From Phoronis australis (taxonomy: Eukaryota > Animalia > Phoronida): 64,000 nt of DNA. How positions within the stretch are numbered: the stretch's first letter is position 1; every line of letters starts with the position of its first letter. This document shows positions 63,281 to 64,000 of this stretch, piece after piece. The translations under genes were made by a program, and so were the position numbers. A model generated the notes under the pieces. That model worked only from the letters and a program-made list of their open reading frames with translations, was not told where the DNA came from and ran no database searches. The stretch is taken from contig NMRA01000182.1 in the NCBI GenBank assembly GCA_002633005.1, positions 541,768 through 605,767 on the forward strand, read 5' to 3'.

Positions 63281-64000
63281 GCACTGTTTTGTTTTTTTTT
63301 TTTTACTTGGTTACAAGTTTTGCAACTGCTGTTTTCACATAAAGTTAAAATGGTTGAACAACCACACTACAGTTACAACATTAGAAACTAATTTTAAGGT
63401 TTTCCAACCGAGACTTGTAACTTTTGAATTGTTTTTTAGAAGTCAACTGCTTCGCTGTTAACAGGGAAAATCGTTTTAATGGAGTTGGTTCACCTGCTGA
63501 CTGGCCTGTCATAAACTAATTATGTTACTCAGGTGTTTTAATTGAAATAGCAGCATTTTTATTTTGAAATCCAAGGCCATTTTTGTTTTCTTTGAATTCG
63601 TGGAGGAGGAAATAATACAAAACCATACCTCCCACTTGTGGCTTTTTGATTTTGGATGTTTTAGAGCACAATTATGGGAAATATTGTGAGCCCTTTAATA
63701 AAGTCTCTCCAACAGGGCGTAATATGACCAACAGACATCAGTGGCTTTATCATTTTTCCAGTCAAATACACAAATTGAATGCTTTTCTGTGCTCAAGTTT
63801 TGTACCAAAGCTTAGCCATCAGATAATGTTTTGAAAAACTAGGGGCATTCACAACTATGTTAGAACCCCTGTAAAAATGAAAATAGGCAATTTTGGCAAT
63901 TTATTTTGTCCCAAATTGGTGAGATTTTACCGTATCCTGTCGAGATGCATGGCCTAGCTAGAGTTTATGGCTCTTTGCTGGTGCTTTGTGCATGATGAAC

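Overview
Eukaryotic, AT-rich, repeat-dense genomic DNA, most likely from a marine invertebrate bilaterian (inferred from gene and transposon content), with two assembly gaps (2266-2992, 4749-4818). Most ORFs in the supplied track are spurious. Two real spliced genes can be read from the sequence. (1) Four phase-consistent internal + strand exons of SUPT3H/Spt3, a SAGA subunit: 47546-47607, 49620-49695, 50495-50610, 61972-62127. No earlier exon was found, so the first ~47.5 kb is probably one very large intron. (2) A complete two-exon secreted C-type lectin gene (198 aa, QPD/WND motifs) nested antisense in the 11.4 kb SUPT3H intron, with a TATA box, an initiator and a DR4 nuclear-receptor-type element. 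The rest is a layered transposon record: a three-level nest (Kolobok-like MITE > CAC-terminal element with 5-bp TSD > CATG-terminal element), an internally deleted ISL2EU-like element containing a hAT5-like MITE, a CCGTA-terminal Tc1/mariner-pogo element, a solo LTR with a perfect TSD, a LOA/R1-type LINE 3' end, and Helentron-associated (HINE-like) elements. The HINE-like element carries a 450-bp higher-order repeat with a co-oriented CTCF-like motif every ~150 bp. All homology calls are from recalled family motifs, not database searches.
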